64,000 bases of DNA from the human T2T-CHM13v2.0 reference genome, Homo sapiens, in assembly GCF_009914755.1 (NCBI RefSeq), contig NC_060937.1. The stretch is one strand, 5' to 3'. Under the pieces are notes generated by a model. The model did not search any database, was not told the DNA's origin, and saw nothing but the letters and a program-made list of their open reading frames with translations. This document shows, piece by piece, positions 63,684-64,000 of the stretch (its first letter is position 1; the number at the start of each line of letters is the position of its first letter). Position numbers and translations under genes: made by a program.

Positions 63684-64000
63684 GAGAACCTTTGTGTCCA
63701 CACTCTATATCTAGCTAATCTACTGGGGACGTGGAGAACCTTTGCGTCTAGCTCAGGGATTGTAAATGCACCAATCAGCGCCCTGTCAAAACAGACCACT
63801 CGGCTCTACCAATCAGCAGGATGTGGGTGGGGCCAGATAAGAGAGTAAAAGCAGGCTGCCCGAGCCAGCAGTGGCAACCCGCTCGGGTCCCCTTCCACAC
63901 TGTGGAAGCTTTGTTCCTTCTCTCTTTGCAATAAATGTTGCTGCTGCTCCCTCTTTGGGTCCACACTGCCTTTATGAACTGTAATACTCACCGCGAAGTT
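63684..64000 (+). mobile_element. LTR12C-like 3' segment (CCAAT/GATA promoter region, R), running off the window end
   Basis: 'ggattgtaaatgcaccaatcagc', 'accaatcagcaggatgtgggtggggccagataagag', 'gcaataaat'. Confidence 0.92.

Overview
This is AT-rich primate (human-like) nuclear DNA made mostly of transposable-element fossils. These include Alu (J, S and a very young Y), L1 of several ages, L2/MIR, MaLR and ERV LTRs (MST, THE1, MLT1/2, LTR8, LTR22, LTR12, LTR78-like) and DNA transposons (a near full-length Tigger4/Zombi, Tigger3, MER58, MER30). I cannot support any intact protein-coding gene. The ORF track is explained by Alu/L1/Tigger remnants, simple repeats and chance ORFs. I see no evidence of a new biological system. 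The most notable structures are mutational and mobilisation records: (1) an L1PA insertion carrying a ~535 bp 3' transduction that includes an older Alu, with a second poly(A), an ATTAAA signal and an 18-bp TSD; (2) two short templated insertions copied from ~1 kb downstream, one with a snap-back hairpin; (3) a scrambled HERV9/LTR12 locus with pieces in both orientations; (4) a ~410 bp local duplication; (5) an inverted L1 self-copy; (6) an essentially unmutated AluY (Yc1-like); (7) a consensus CTCF motif in a CpG-retaining island. Subfamily names come from recalled consensus motifs, not from a database search. Boundaries are approximate unless TSDs are given.
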